Source: Octopus sinensis | Taxonomy: Eukaryota | Assembly: GCF_006345805.1 (NCBI RefSeq) | Contig: NC_043000.1 | Location: 109,864,001 to 109,928,000 of the forward strand | Direction: 5' to 3' | DNA length: 64,000 nt | Part shown: in pieces, positions 51,641 through 63,411 of the stretch | Position numbering within the stretch: position 1 is the first letter of the stretch | How the letters are laid out: each line of letters opens with the position of its first letter | Made by a program: the position numbers and the translations under genes | The notes under the pieces: generated by a model | Seen by the model: only the letters and a program-made list of their open reading frames with translations | Databases searched by the model: none | What the model was told of the DNA's origin: nothing

Positions 51641-51960
51641 GGAGTAACGTCCCTGCCTTCCTGAGCTAGTTTTCCACCACATTTCTTAAAAATCATGGTA
51701 GAGGCCTTGGTCTCGGGACCACTCATGTCTAAAAGCTGAGGTTGGGAGTAAGCAAGGGCATGCTCCCCTTAGAAAATCCAGCTCCAAAAAAGCCTCATGA
51801 AAGCAAAGGAGAATGGGCACCAGCCAGCCAGCCAGCCCAAAGGTTGGGGTGGGCTGCACCTGCCTACCTTGATTGCTATGACACTGAGGTAGACCCAGCT
51901 ACCCCCCTGTATTAACTGGGACAAAACTTGGATTTAAAACACTTGATGATGATGATGATC
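51641..51960 (+). mobile_element. Family E short retroelement (second copy)
   Basis: Homologous in inverted orientation to 45086-45360; (GAT)n tail at about 51945-51960. Confidence 0.75.
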
Positions 51961-53244
51961 ATGTATAAGCTGTAAAGCCCTGCCTCAAATATGCCCCCCC
52001 CATCCCCCCACTGCTCTGTTTATTTAATCATAGCAGGAAAGAAGAGATGATGAATATACAAATGGAATGAAGCAAGTGTTCCTCATATAACAGTGAGGTC
52101 AGCTATTTGACCTTTTTATTGTTCTAATCAACAGCCTCCTTTCCTCCTCTTGTCTGTGTAACCATCATCACCACCACCACCCTCATAATTATTGTTACTT
52201 TTAGGTGGGTTTCATGTGATTTAGATAAACCAATAAGAGATTTAGGCTGCAAGAGATAATCCTATCCACTACTTCCTAATCTATTGACATTGTGTTGGTT
52301 CAGGAATTAAGAGTGTAAGCATGATAAGGATTTAATTTTGTCTCTCATCATCATCTGTCTGTTGTCCATGCTGGAAGGCTGCACCAGACTCCAGTCTGAG
52401 TTGACATGGTTTTCTACGGCTGGATGCCCTTCCTAATGCCAACCACTCTGAGAGTGTAATGGATGCTTTTACATGCCACTGGCACAGGTGCCATTTGCGT
52501 GACACCAGGGTGTGTTTACATGCCAATTTGCATGATACCAGTATCTGCCATGACTGTGATTCTGCTTGGCTTGATTGGTCTTCTTCTCGAGCATGACATA
52601 ATGTCAAAGGTCTTGATCATTGCCTCTGTATATAAGAATTGGGAGGGATGAGAGATGAATGCATATTCTACTTGCGTGTGTGTGTGTGCGTGCGTGTGTG
52701 TATGATATGGTGTTTTTATGCCTTTTTTTTCAAAAGAGAGAATTTTTCTCCACAGTAAATGCAGTGAATTCTGTGTTTTACAAATCCTATTAAATTTTCA
52801 TTATTGAATATTAGGAATTAAAGAAATTAAAATATTTGGTGCATTGTAGAATTATAAGCAAGTTATTGCTCCTAAATTTTAACATCAAAATCTTATATGA
52901 ACCTCTAAAGGTTGCATGGACCTCTGAGAATCATATGCCCCTCCCCGCTTCCAAGGATCGTATGGACCCTAGATGAGAACCAATGGGTTTCACAGTTTCT
53001 TTGAAAGTATTTGGGTTTGATTCCACTGCTTTTTAGGCAAGTGTCTGCTGCTCCTGTCACAGACTGATCAATGGTGTGTGAGAATATTTGTTAGATGGTA
53101 ACTGTGCAGAAGCCTATTCTGTGTGTGTTTGGTAAGAAGTTTGCCTCCCAGCCACATGGTTCTGAGTTCAGTCTTGCTGTCTTGGTAAGTGTCTTGAGCT
53201 GACCAATGCCTTGTGAGTAACTTTGGTAGATGGAAACTAGAAGA

Positions 53245-53287
<43 letters not shown>

Positions 53288-53374
53288 AAGGGTGAAAAGG
53301 AACACACGAGTTGATATATATGAAAAAACAAGTAAAAAATAGAAAATGCTAAAATAATTTTATAGTGAACATTT

Positions 53375-53412
53375 CAGTACCGGTTTCGGTCATTTTGAGA
53401 CCTTTTCAACTG
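53375..53412 (-). ncRNA. Minimal type I hammerhead ribozyme (U3:A8 variant) in the Penelope 3' repeat
   Basis: Reverse complement reads CAG-UUGAAAA-GGUC-UCAAAAU-GACC-GAAAC-CG-GUA-CUG. Confidence 0.8.
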
Positions 53413-54099
53413 TAACGATTAAATAATTAAATTTAGAAAAATTAGAAGAAAAGTTTTTTTAAAAGAATATTTCTATAGTAGTGTCAGATTTAAGTGGCAT
53501 TCTGCCTTTCTCTGACTCCCTTGTTTGCACTTGTGTGTTGGAGGTAGTTGTGAGTTCTTGGTAGGGTAGTAGAGGGAAGGCTGGTGAGGAAAGGGGGTGG
53601 GAGAATCTGGAGTGCCCTGATGGTCGTATTTTGAATGGTCAGTGGCGGCTGGCAGTCTCAGTTCAATTCAGGAGAATATTTATATTGACAGGCTTGTTTA
53701 TAGAATTAGCGTAGGTGTTATACTAAAAAACATTAGTGACAAACTTAAGGGGTAGGGGGTGGAGAAGAAGGAAGAAGGAAAGTGATGGTGATGGTGATGG
53801 TGGTGATGATGATGATAACGATGATGATGAAGAAGAAGAAGAGGAGAAGGAGGAGAAGGAGAAGATGGTGGTGATGATGACGCGATGATGATGATGATGA
53901 TGATGATGATGATAACGATGATGATGAAGAAGAGGAAGAAGAGAAGAAGAAAAAAAAACAGAGAAGGGAGAATATGAATGGGTGTAAATATAGCTATGAA
54001 GGGGCTGATTAGTAATGGATTCTATGGAGTGTAGTATTTGTGTGTGTATATATATTTTTTTCTTTTATTCTAAAGTTGAGGTATATTAATTGTTTGTCT

Positions 54100-56407
54100 T
54101 AGACCCTTTAAGAAGTGGCTTGTATTTTGTAATAAGAGATTTTCTTTACTTATTCTTTGTCTCGAGGTTGTCCCTAAATTGGTAGAGGGGGAAAATTCTG
54201 AAGTTTGGTGTTTTTTTGTTGGCGCAAGTATCTATGTGTTGGCTAAAAGCTATTTTTCTGTTTTGGGGAATTTTTATCTGGGATCTGTGCAGGGCCATTC
54301 GTTTACGCAAACCATTTTTTGTTTGGCCTATGTAGTGCTCTTGACACCGGAGCAGGTTAGTGAGTATATTAGGTTCTCCGAAGCACATGTGAAGTTGCTT
54401 TTCACTGTAAACCGTTGTCCCTGTTTGAAGGAGAACTCAGAACCCTCGATTAGATAGTTGCATATCCCGCAATTGGGTCTTCCACATTTTTTTACTGTCA
54501 GGCTTCTGTGTTGAAGAGTGAATTCGGGTTTGTGTAAGGAGACTTTTCATGGATCTAGGCTGTCTTTGCTTTTTATGATCGTGTGTGTTTGGAGGATTGT
54601 GTTCATTCTGTGGTTTTTTTTAGGAGGGGTATGTTGTGGAGGATGGTGTCGAAGGCTTCGTTATTGAGAGGGTGTGTGTGGAGATGTATGGTAAGGCTTT
54701 TGGTTGTAAGTTTTTCTTTGATTTGGGATGTCTCAGTTCCTTGATGTGTTAAGTTGAAGGGCACGTTGAATGCACTTGTCAATAAGTGAAGGTGGATAGT
54801 TCCTGGTGATTAGGGTATCTTTTAGTTCTTGTAGTCGTGTGTCTCTGGTGTTTGCGTTAGAGACTATAGTGCATATCCTTTTTGCTAGATTGAAGGGGAT
54901 ATTCATCCTGGTGTGTCTGGGGTGGCATGAATTGAATGGAAGATATTGCTTAGAGTCTGTAGGCTTATAGTATATGTCTGTTTCTATTATATTATTAGCT
55001 TTCTTAATGAGGATATCGAGGAAGGGGAGTTGTTGTTGGCTATATTCCATCGTGAATTGGATGTTTACGTCCAGTCCGTTTAAAATTTTCTGGAATTCTA
55101 TGAGTTTTTCTATATTTTTATGCCAAAGGATGAAACAGTCATCTAGATATCTCTTCCAGTTGTTTTCTATGTAGATGGAGAAAGGGCTGCCATATCTTTC
55201 TAGAACCTTACGATACAGACTGATCTCTAGGTATCCTATGACTAGGTTGGCAAAGGAGGGGGCCATTTGTGTACCCATCGCAGTCCCCGATTTTTGTCGG
55301 TAGAAGTTGTCATTGAAGGCGAAGAAGTTATTTTCCAGGATGAATTTAACCCCTTCTATCACAAATTCTTTTTTGATGCGGTGTGGTAGTTCGTTGGCGT
55401 GATTCTCTAGCCAGAATTGGATTGCCTCTAGTCCTAGGTTGTGGGGGATATTGGAGTAGAGGTTGACTACATCAAAGGATACCAGTATGGTGTTTTTTGT
55501 TTATAGTATTCGGTAGGTGATTGAGCATATCTAAGTCGTCCCTTATATAGCTTTTGACATGTTTGAGGAGTGGTTTTAACAGGGTGTCTAAAAAGTTACT
55601 GAGGCGGTGGGTTTCGCATGCGGGACCTGCTATTATGGGTCTCAATTTGAGGTCATTAGGATTAGGGACTTTAATTATTTTGTCTGTAGCTATCTTGCAT
55701 GCGTTGCTTATTTTTTCACTTTTGTGGATCTTAGGTATACCGTAGAATTGGCTAGTTTTACTTGTGAAATTGGTCATATAATCATATTCTTTGTCGGTGA
55801 GCCCTGCTTTGTATGGGTTTAATATGGATTTTAGTTCCCTCATTATTTTTTGTTGACTGTAGTTTTGTGCCTTTTCATAGTATGTTGTGTCTTCCAGCAT
55901 AGAAAGTACCAAAGTTATGTAAAATGTTGTATCCATTAAGACAACAGCACTCCCTTTATCGGCCTCTTTGATTGTTATTGTTTTATCTAGTTTTAATTTG
56001 TTCAACTCAGCCCATTCTTTTTTGCTGAAGTTTGGTTGTGTTTTTGTTTGTGCATATGTTGATATGGGTAATTGATATGTGGTCACAGAAATCATCAAGT
56101 GTTTTATTCTTACCTTTCGAGGGGGTGTAGTTACTCCTATTTCTGGCTAACGATTCGTCCTCGTTGTATTTATCGTATAGCTCCTCAGTAATCTTAATTT
56201 TCTGCAGAATTCTGCGATGTCTTCTTTCATTTCATTGTAGTTGGGGTGTTGTGGGGTAGGTGTAAACTTGAGTCCTTTGGAAAGTATGTTTATTTGGTTT
56301 GCTGTTAGTTCCTTGTGAGTTAGATTAATAATTTTTATTACTTTTGGTTCCTCCTGCTTGTTTGGTGCTATCTTGTGTCTCTGTGTTTGCGTATTGGGTC
56401 TAAAAAA
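54100..56407 (-). pseudogene. Penelope-like RT + GIY-YIG endonuclease ORF broken by several 1-nt indels
   Basis: Conserved motifs are split across the ORF-track pieces 55472-56098, 54733-55362 and 54146-54388. The indels could be decay or assembly errors. Confidence 0.85.
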
Positions 56408-56980
56408 TGAATGCGGTGGTTGGGACGGTAGCTAGTATATAGTTGTTCTTTGTTGATTAGGGGTCTCCTGTTGTGATTTATGGTGTGTGTTCTTGGAGCA
56501 GTATTGAGGAGAGCATCCCGATATCCAATATTCGGGTGTGGTGTTCTAGGAGGCCTTCGTTGGTAATCATTGCAAGTGGTGTGGGTTTGTTGTGCATGGT
56601 TGTTTAACCGGTTAATGGGACGAAGATTTCGTTGGTAACTCCTTTGGGTGGGGATGAGGTTACAGTGTCTATGCTGTGGGTGTTGATTTATCCTTTCTCT
56701 GCTTGAAGTGGGGGTATTCCTGATATTGTATCGCTGGCTGCTTACAGAGTTAGGGTTAGGTCCTGTATTCTTTTTTTTGATAGTAGTGAAGGTTCCGATT
56801 TTTAGACAGGGTGTATCAGTGTTTGGGTGTTGTTTTGGTTTTCTTATTTTCTGGAAAGGGTTGTTGGAGGCGTGCTCTGTTTGAAAGACGGCTTCATAGT
56901 CTGAGAACCAAGTGGCGCTTTTCTCCCAGCGTTGGAGAGATTTTAGTTCTTCTTTTTCACAGTCCTCTTTCCATAGTTTG
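56368..56980 (-). CDS. C-terminal part of the Penelope-like element ORF1 / N-terminal extension (truncated by the inversion)
   Basis: About 200 codons open from the inversion junction (LWKEDCEKEELKSLQRWEKSATWF..., then an R/N/P/Q-rich disordered region) to TAG at 56368, overlapping the start of the RT frame. Confidence 0.6.
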
Positions 56981-58000
56981 GAGTTCTCCTTCAAACAGGG
57001 ACAACGGTTTACAGTGAAAAGCAACTTCACATGTGCTTCGGAGAACCTAATATACTCACTAACCTGCTCCGGGTGTCAAGAGCACTACATAGGCCAAACA
57101 AAAAATGGTTTGCGTAAACGAATGGCCCTGCACAGATCCCAGATAAAAATTCCCCAAAACAGAAAAATAGCTTTTAGCCAACACATAGATACTTGCGCCA
57201 ACAAAAAAACACCAAACTTCAGAATTTTCCCCCTCTACCAATTTAGGGACAACCTCGAGACAAAGAATAAGTAAAGAAAATCTCTTATTACAAAATACAA
57301 GCCACTTCTTAAAGGGTCTAAGACAAACAATTAATATACCTCAACTTTAGAATAAAAGAAAAAAATATATATACACACACAAATACTACACTCCATAGAA
57401 TCCATTACTAATCAGCCCCTTCATAGCTATATTTACACCCATTCATATTCTCCCTTCTCTGTTTTTTTCTTCTTCTTCTTCTTCCTCTTCTTCATCATCA
57501 TCGTTATCATCATCATCATCATCATCATCATCATCGGCGTCATCATCACCACCATCTTCTCCTTCTCCTCCTTCTTCTTCTTCTTCATCATCATCGTTAT
57601 CATCATCATCACCACCATCACCATCATCTTCTCCTTCTTCTTCTTCTCCACCCCCTACCCCTTAAGTTTGTCACTAATGTTTTTTAGTATAACACCTACG
57701 CTAATTCTATAAACAAGCCTGTCAATATAAATATTCTCCTGAATTGAACTGAGACTGCCAGCCGCCACTGACCATTCAAAATACGACCATCAGGGCACTC
57801 CCAGATTCTCCCACCCCCCTTTCCTCACCAGCCTTCCCTCTACTACCCTACCAAGAACTCACAACTACCTCCAACACACAAGTGCAAACAAGGGAGTCAG
57901 AGAAAGGCAGAATGCCACTTAAATCTGAACACTACTATAGAAATATTCTTTTAAAAAAACTTTTCTTCTAATTTTTCTAAATTTAATTATTTAATCGTTA

Positions 58001-58038
58001 CAGTTGAAAAGGTCTCAAAATGACCGAAACCGGTACTG
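58001..58038 (+). ncRNA. Minimal type I hammerhead ribozyme (U3:A8 variant), inverted-arm copy
   Basis: Stem I CAG/CUG, core UUGAAAA, stem II GGUC/GACC, GAAA, palindromic stem III ACCGGU, GUA triplet at 58033-58035. Confidence 0.8.
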
Positions 58039-59272
58039 AAATGTTCACTATAAAATTATTTTAGCATTTTCTATTTTTTACTTGTTTTTTCATATATATA
58101 TATATATATAATGTGTATGTGTGTGTCTTTGTGTTTGTTCCCATCCCTCTACTTAATGGATGTGTTGGTTTGTAGCTTAGTGTTTCAGCAAAAAAAACAC
58201 CAACAAAAAGAACTGATAAATAAATAGTCCTGAAGACAATTTGTTCATCTAAAACCCTTTCAATGTGGTGCCCCAGCATGGCTACAATCCAGTGATTAAA
58301 ACAAGAAAAAGATTATACCAAGCTTGGTGTTGTGCCTAGGTTTCCCTCTCCTCCTCCTTCTTTGTTGGATAACCAAAGTTGGCACTATAATCTAACCCTG
58401 ACAAAATCCCACAACACACAGGTTGTGTTGAACTTACAACCCAATGGCCAACTCTATAAAAAACTTGTGTAGAAAGTAAGTATTTATAACTGCAAGCTGT
58501 AGGAGCACTGTGTAACTGATGAATATCTTGTTAGCTTCAAGTGGGTGGGGGGGATTTTGTCGATTTCCCTGTCATAGAATTTAATACTTCACCTACTCTT
58601 TGATAGACATCTTTTCTCAGGATCTTGTAACTCTCCAGAACTCTTAGTTGATGCTAAATAAAATATACTTTTTTCCCCAAAGTATGTCTAACCTGAATTT
58701 GGGAAGTGTCTAACATATCATGTCTTTTATGCTGTCAGTTATGCTTTGTAATTAACTAATTAACTGTGTAATTAGCATGTTCTTTCTAAGCATCTATTTT
58801 TTTGTGTTGATTGATGTTGCTAGCAGACACAATTGTTAATTCTAGTGATGGATCAGGACACTGAGTCAGAACTGTGTAATGTATTTTATGGGTAGGACTA
58901 AGCTTTTTGGAGTAGGAAAGGCATTCATCTGTAAAAAAGCCATGCCTTAATAATAGAGCTGATGCTAGCATGGAAATGCAGCTTTAAAACAAATGTTTCT
59001 AACATTGGCACAAGGCCAGAAATTTGGGGAGGGAAGTTGGTCAATTACAAAAGGTGAAAGGCAGCATTAATGGTGGCAGGGTTTGAACTCAGAATGTAAA
59101 GAGCTGAAACAACTATTACCAGAATCAGGAGACTAAGTCAGTGGTGTATTTTACTGGGTAGAAAATAAATTGATGGCTGTCGGATGGTAATAAGCTGCTC
59201 AGTTTTGAAGCAGAAACCAAATTTGTTAGTATCAGGAAAGCTCAAGTAAGAACAGCCAGTACAAGCTCAACC

Positions 59273-59800
59273 ATCATCATCACCATCATTTAGCATCCAT
59301 TGTCCATGCTGGCATGGGTTGGGCGGTCTGACCAGGGCTGGCAAACTGAGGGGCTGCACCAGACTCCAGTCTGATTTGGGATGGTTTCTACAGCTGGATG
59401 CCCATCCTAACTCCAACCGCTCCGAGAATGTAAAGGATGCTCTTACATGCCACCGGCACAGGTGCCATTTGCATGACCCCAGTATCTGCCGTGCCTGTAA
59501 TTTCACTTGGCTTGGTGGGTCTTCTTCTCGAGCCCAACTGCATATTGCCAAAGGTCTTGGTTATATGTCTTTGTCTCTGTGAGACCCAACGCTTGAAAGC
59601 TGCTTTTTACGTGGCACTGGCACAAGTGTCAGTTATGTGACACTGACATCAGACACATTGCCTCTGTGAGGCTCAATGTTCAACAGATGCTTTTTGTGTA
59701 CCGTCTGCATGGGTGCCAGACGTCTCTGTGAGGCCCAACACTCGTATGGTGCTTTTTAGGGTGCCAGGCACGCGACACCAACATCAACCACATTGCCTCC
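59273..59800 (-). mobile_element. RTE LINE 3' end linking family B repeats to RTE coding sequence
   Basis: The family B tail is joined upstream to an RTE C-terminus-like remnant QALGLTETKTYNQDLWQYAVGLEKKT. Similar remnants occur at ~28320-28470 and ~52540-52628. Confidence 0.7.
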
Positions 59801-62800
59801 AAAAAGAGAAAAAAAATAACTGAAATAACTTCTCTGAGTAGGAGTATGGTGCATCAAAAATGTGTGGAATCTAGAATTGTGTTTGGTCATCCAAAAATTG
59901 ACCAATCTGAAAGGAAATGCAGAATTTTTTGCAACAGTTATAGAATTGGCAAATAGTTTAACATATTATGTCGGGTTTTATTGATGGATTACTTTTTGGT
60001 TAAGATTTATTTGCAGTCTGTGTAGAGATATTATAAGAATTCCTCACAGCAATGTTTTCTATTTCAACAAAAAATATTCTCTTCAATAAATGACATCTGG
60101 TATATTTCTTGTAGAAATCAGTTTCTTTTGGTGTCTCTTTGGAATGGAAATGGAAATATATTGTTTAAATAAATTCCATTTGTAAATGTCGTTCAAATAT
60201 TCTTACGAAATGTTTTTAGAAGACTTATTAATATTGGTACAAACAAAACAAACAAAAAAAGCCCATAAAAAACCTGATTAATATTCCACAAAATTTTTTC
60301 ATAGGTTCTTTGTTATTTGGGCTTATTAGATGTGTCTGTTCTTTCTTCATTTTCTAAGAGAACTTCATAGAAAATAACAGGAAACTATTTCAAACTGTCT
60401 TCAATAATTACATGAAGATCTGGTGTTTGTTGGTAATCTAATAGTTACAGAGTTAACCTCTAACACCATCTTGGGAATGAATTTGATAGATGTGTCTGTT
60501 TCTCAATTTAGAAAAAAAAACCCAAAACAACAATACTTCTTGCTTCTCATGTTGAAACACCTGGCTGAATAAAACAAAACAAAAGAACAGATGACACGTG
60601 GTTATTATTGAGATAAGTTGAATACCAGGTGAGAAGTGTGATTTCTGGTATGTCAATTAGAGAGGCTTCCAGTTGGTTAGAATTTCAGGCTTAGAAAATT
60701 TTGTAACTTTCTTTTATTATTAATTTCCATTAATGATAAATGTGTTTTTAATCATTATGCAAAACTACATCAGTGTGGAGAATTTGAAAAATAATTTTGA
60801 CAGTGTGAAGGAAACTGAAGATCTGATTCAGTCAATTCTAGTTCTTGGCAGGAACATCATTTTATTAAATCTGAAAGAAAGGTAAATTAATCTCATTAGA
60901 ATTCAGACTCAGAATACAAAGAGCTGGGGTACATATATTTCCTCTTTCTCTTGAACTCTGGGACTCATTTGGCTGGTTCCTTAGTTTCCATGCTGTATGT
61001 CTGACCAAGATCACAAGAATAGAGAATGCTAGTCTGTTGTAAAGTTTAAGGCCAACAATTTTGAGGAGAATTGGGGGTGAGTCAACCCTCCTCCTCTCCC
61101 CAGCACCCACTGGTATGTTATCAGTCCCAAAGGGATGAGAGGCAAAGTTGACCTGGGCATGATTTGAACTCAGAATGTAAAAGCAGGAAGAACTGCCACT
61201 GAGCCCTAACAGATCTCTCAACAATAATGATGCTTTCAAATTTTGGCAAAGGCAAGCAATTTTTTATGGTGAGGTGAGGGGTTAGTTGAATGCATTGCAC
61301 CCCAGTGCTCCACTGGTACTTTGTCAACCCTGAAATGATGAGAGGCAAAGTTGAGTTGATATTGGCAGCATTTGAACTCAGAATAGAAGGATCTAGAAGT
61401 TCTGCCAAGCATTTTGTCTGATGTGCTAATGGTGCTGCCAGCTGACTGCTTTGATAAGAATAATCATTCTGATTTAGGCACAAGGCCTGCAATTTTGAGG
61501 GGACATGGAAGTCAATTACATTGGACCCTGGTGGTCAGCTAGTGGTTATTTTTATGACCCTTGAAAAGATCAAAGTTGACCTCTGCAGTAATAATTTTAT
61601 TATTATTATTATTATTATTATATAGTTCAGTAACAGCATTAAAAAAAACAAACAAGAAGGTAACACTGATGTGTCTACTAAAGTTCCTCGTTGCCATTTG
61701 CCTGTCTGGAAAAACTATGGCTGAGCACCCCTGGAATCCCTGTAGAGTGCAAACTTGGGCTGAGTAACATCTTGCAGCTTTGAGCTTGGTCTGTAGACGC
61801 ACTGAATTAAATAAGTTAAACTATTCCTTTGTGATAGTTAATGATAAAACATTAAATGAACAGCTGTTGTCATGGTGAACAGTGCACTTCCATTCATTAA
61901 ATAAATACCATCCAATGGCGAACGTATTGGATCGAGACATCCTGCCTACTCAAAAGTCTGGTTCTCTGTAGAATAGTGTCATGCTTCATCCTAGGGTATG
62001 CCCTGGCACCTCTTCATCACCACTTTCTTACTCTACCGACTGGAGTGTCCATGTGTCTCTTCTACTGCAAGACACCTATTCTGCCCTTGTCTCACACTTT
62101 AGCCTCTCACCACGAAACTACCTTGCTTAATACAATACCCTTCTCAGTTGAGGGGGTATCATCTTGTGAGTTACTTGGTGATCTTACTTGTGCCAGTGCC
62201 ACAGAAGAAAAGCACTCTGTATCCTCTGAAAGGTGGTTGGTGTTAGGAAAGGCATCCAGTTGTAGAAACCATGCCAAACAGACACAGGAGCTTGATGCAG
62301 TCCCCTGGCTTCCCAGCTCCCATTGAAATGTCCTCCAGCCCATGCCAGCACAGAAAACGGACAATAAATAACAATGTTACAGTTACTGCCTCAGAAAAAT
62401 CAAATTTTCTATTTTTAAAATAGTGCAGTTCTTTTCTTCTAAATTTGCCTCGTAATTAAACAACTGATCATTTTCCAGCCATAGATTGCATTCTAAATAT
62501 TCTTCAGAGCCATCTATTTATCTATCAATATATCTGTTTTCAATTTTATTGATTTACATATCTAGTCGGTTGCTTCATAGTCATAACTTATATTTCTACA
62601 ATAATTGATTTGGCTGTCACACACCATTCATTCATGGTTGTCTTTTAAATCTGATGCCTGTTTGTGGTTTATTTTAACATGAAGACAGTAGCCATGGTGA
62701 AACAGAGAGTTGGGCATCAAATGTCTGCAATTTCTTCTTGATCATAGGTTTAACCAAGAGATAGATCTATTTCAACCTTGTGGGTTCATGAGTATAGAAG

Positions 62801-63049
62801 AGCTTAAACCTCTCCTTACGATGTTTCTATCAAGATACATTGCTTTTATTTCATAGTTTTGAAAATGATGAACAATTGGCTTAAGAGACACCCTTAATAT
62901 AATGTTAAATCTTGGTATAAGATATTTTTTCTTCATAGTTTTAGCTTTGTCCTATGTATGTGTCACATCCCAGTTTTTTTTTTTTTGGAGGTGGGGTTCC
63001 AGTTAAAACCAAATATATAGAACGGTGCTACTTTATATGAGTGCCATAT

Positions 63050-63411
63050 AAAACACACCATTCAAGCGTGGTTGATGCCAGTGCCACCCGACTAGCTCCA
63101 ATCCCAGTGGCACCTAAAAAGCACTATTCAAACATGGTCAATGCCAGTGCCACTTAACTGGTTCCCATGCCAGTGGCACCTAAAAAGCACCATTCAAGCA
63201 TGGTCGATGCCAGTGCCACCTGACTGGATCCCATGCCAGTGGCATCTAAAAAGCACTATTTGAATATGGTTGATGCCAGTGCCGCCAGACTGGCTCTCAT
63301 GCCGGTGGCACCTAAAAAGCACCCATCTGGTGCAGCCTCTTGGCTTGCCAGTCCTCAGTCAAGCTGTCCAACCCATGACAACATGGAAAACAAACATTAA
63401 ACGATGATGAT
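63050..63411 (+). repeat. Tandem array of ~65-bp family B structured units plus a (GAT)n tail
   Basis: Units start at about 63057, 63123, 63188, 63254 and 63319 (caccattcaagcgtggttgatgccagtgccacctgactggctcccatgccagtggcacctaaaaag). Confidence 0.85.

Larger units (their letters stand above)
53288..58099 (-). mobile_element. Penelope-like retroelement (Neptune/Naiad-type architecture), 5'-truncated, with an inverted copy of its 3' end
   Basis: Minus-strand RT: IINL..LSKGLKFTP, IKEADKGSAVV, FYGIPKIHK, LRPII, GTAMGTQMAPSFANL, RYLDD, LPFLD, YYKPTD..YL..SCHP. Cys linker CGRPNCGIC. GIY-YIG: NLIYSLTCSGCQEHYIGQTKNGLRKRMALH. Inverted arms at 53314-54438 and 56981-58099. Both ends abut (TA)n inside a family A SINE. 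Confidence 0.93.

Noticed and set aside
54300-54500. Selenocysteine recoding as reported for some Naiad-type Penelope-like elements
   Set aside because: The linker and GIY-YIG cysteines I read are TGT/TGC; no in-frame TGA at those Cys positions.
63050-63330. CRISPR-like array or tracrRNA-like GGTGCTTTTT ends in the ~65-bp repeats
   Set aside because: Units are tandem copies with no unique spacers, there are no cas genes, the context is eukaryotic, and the units are part of a LINE-derived 3' region.
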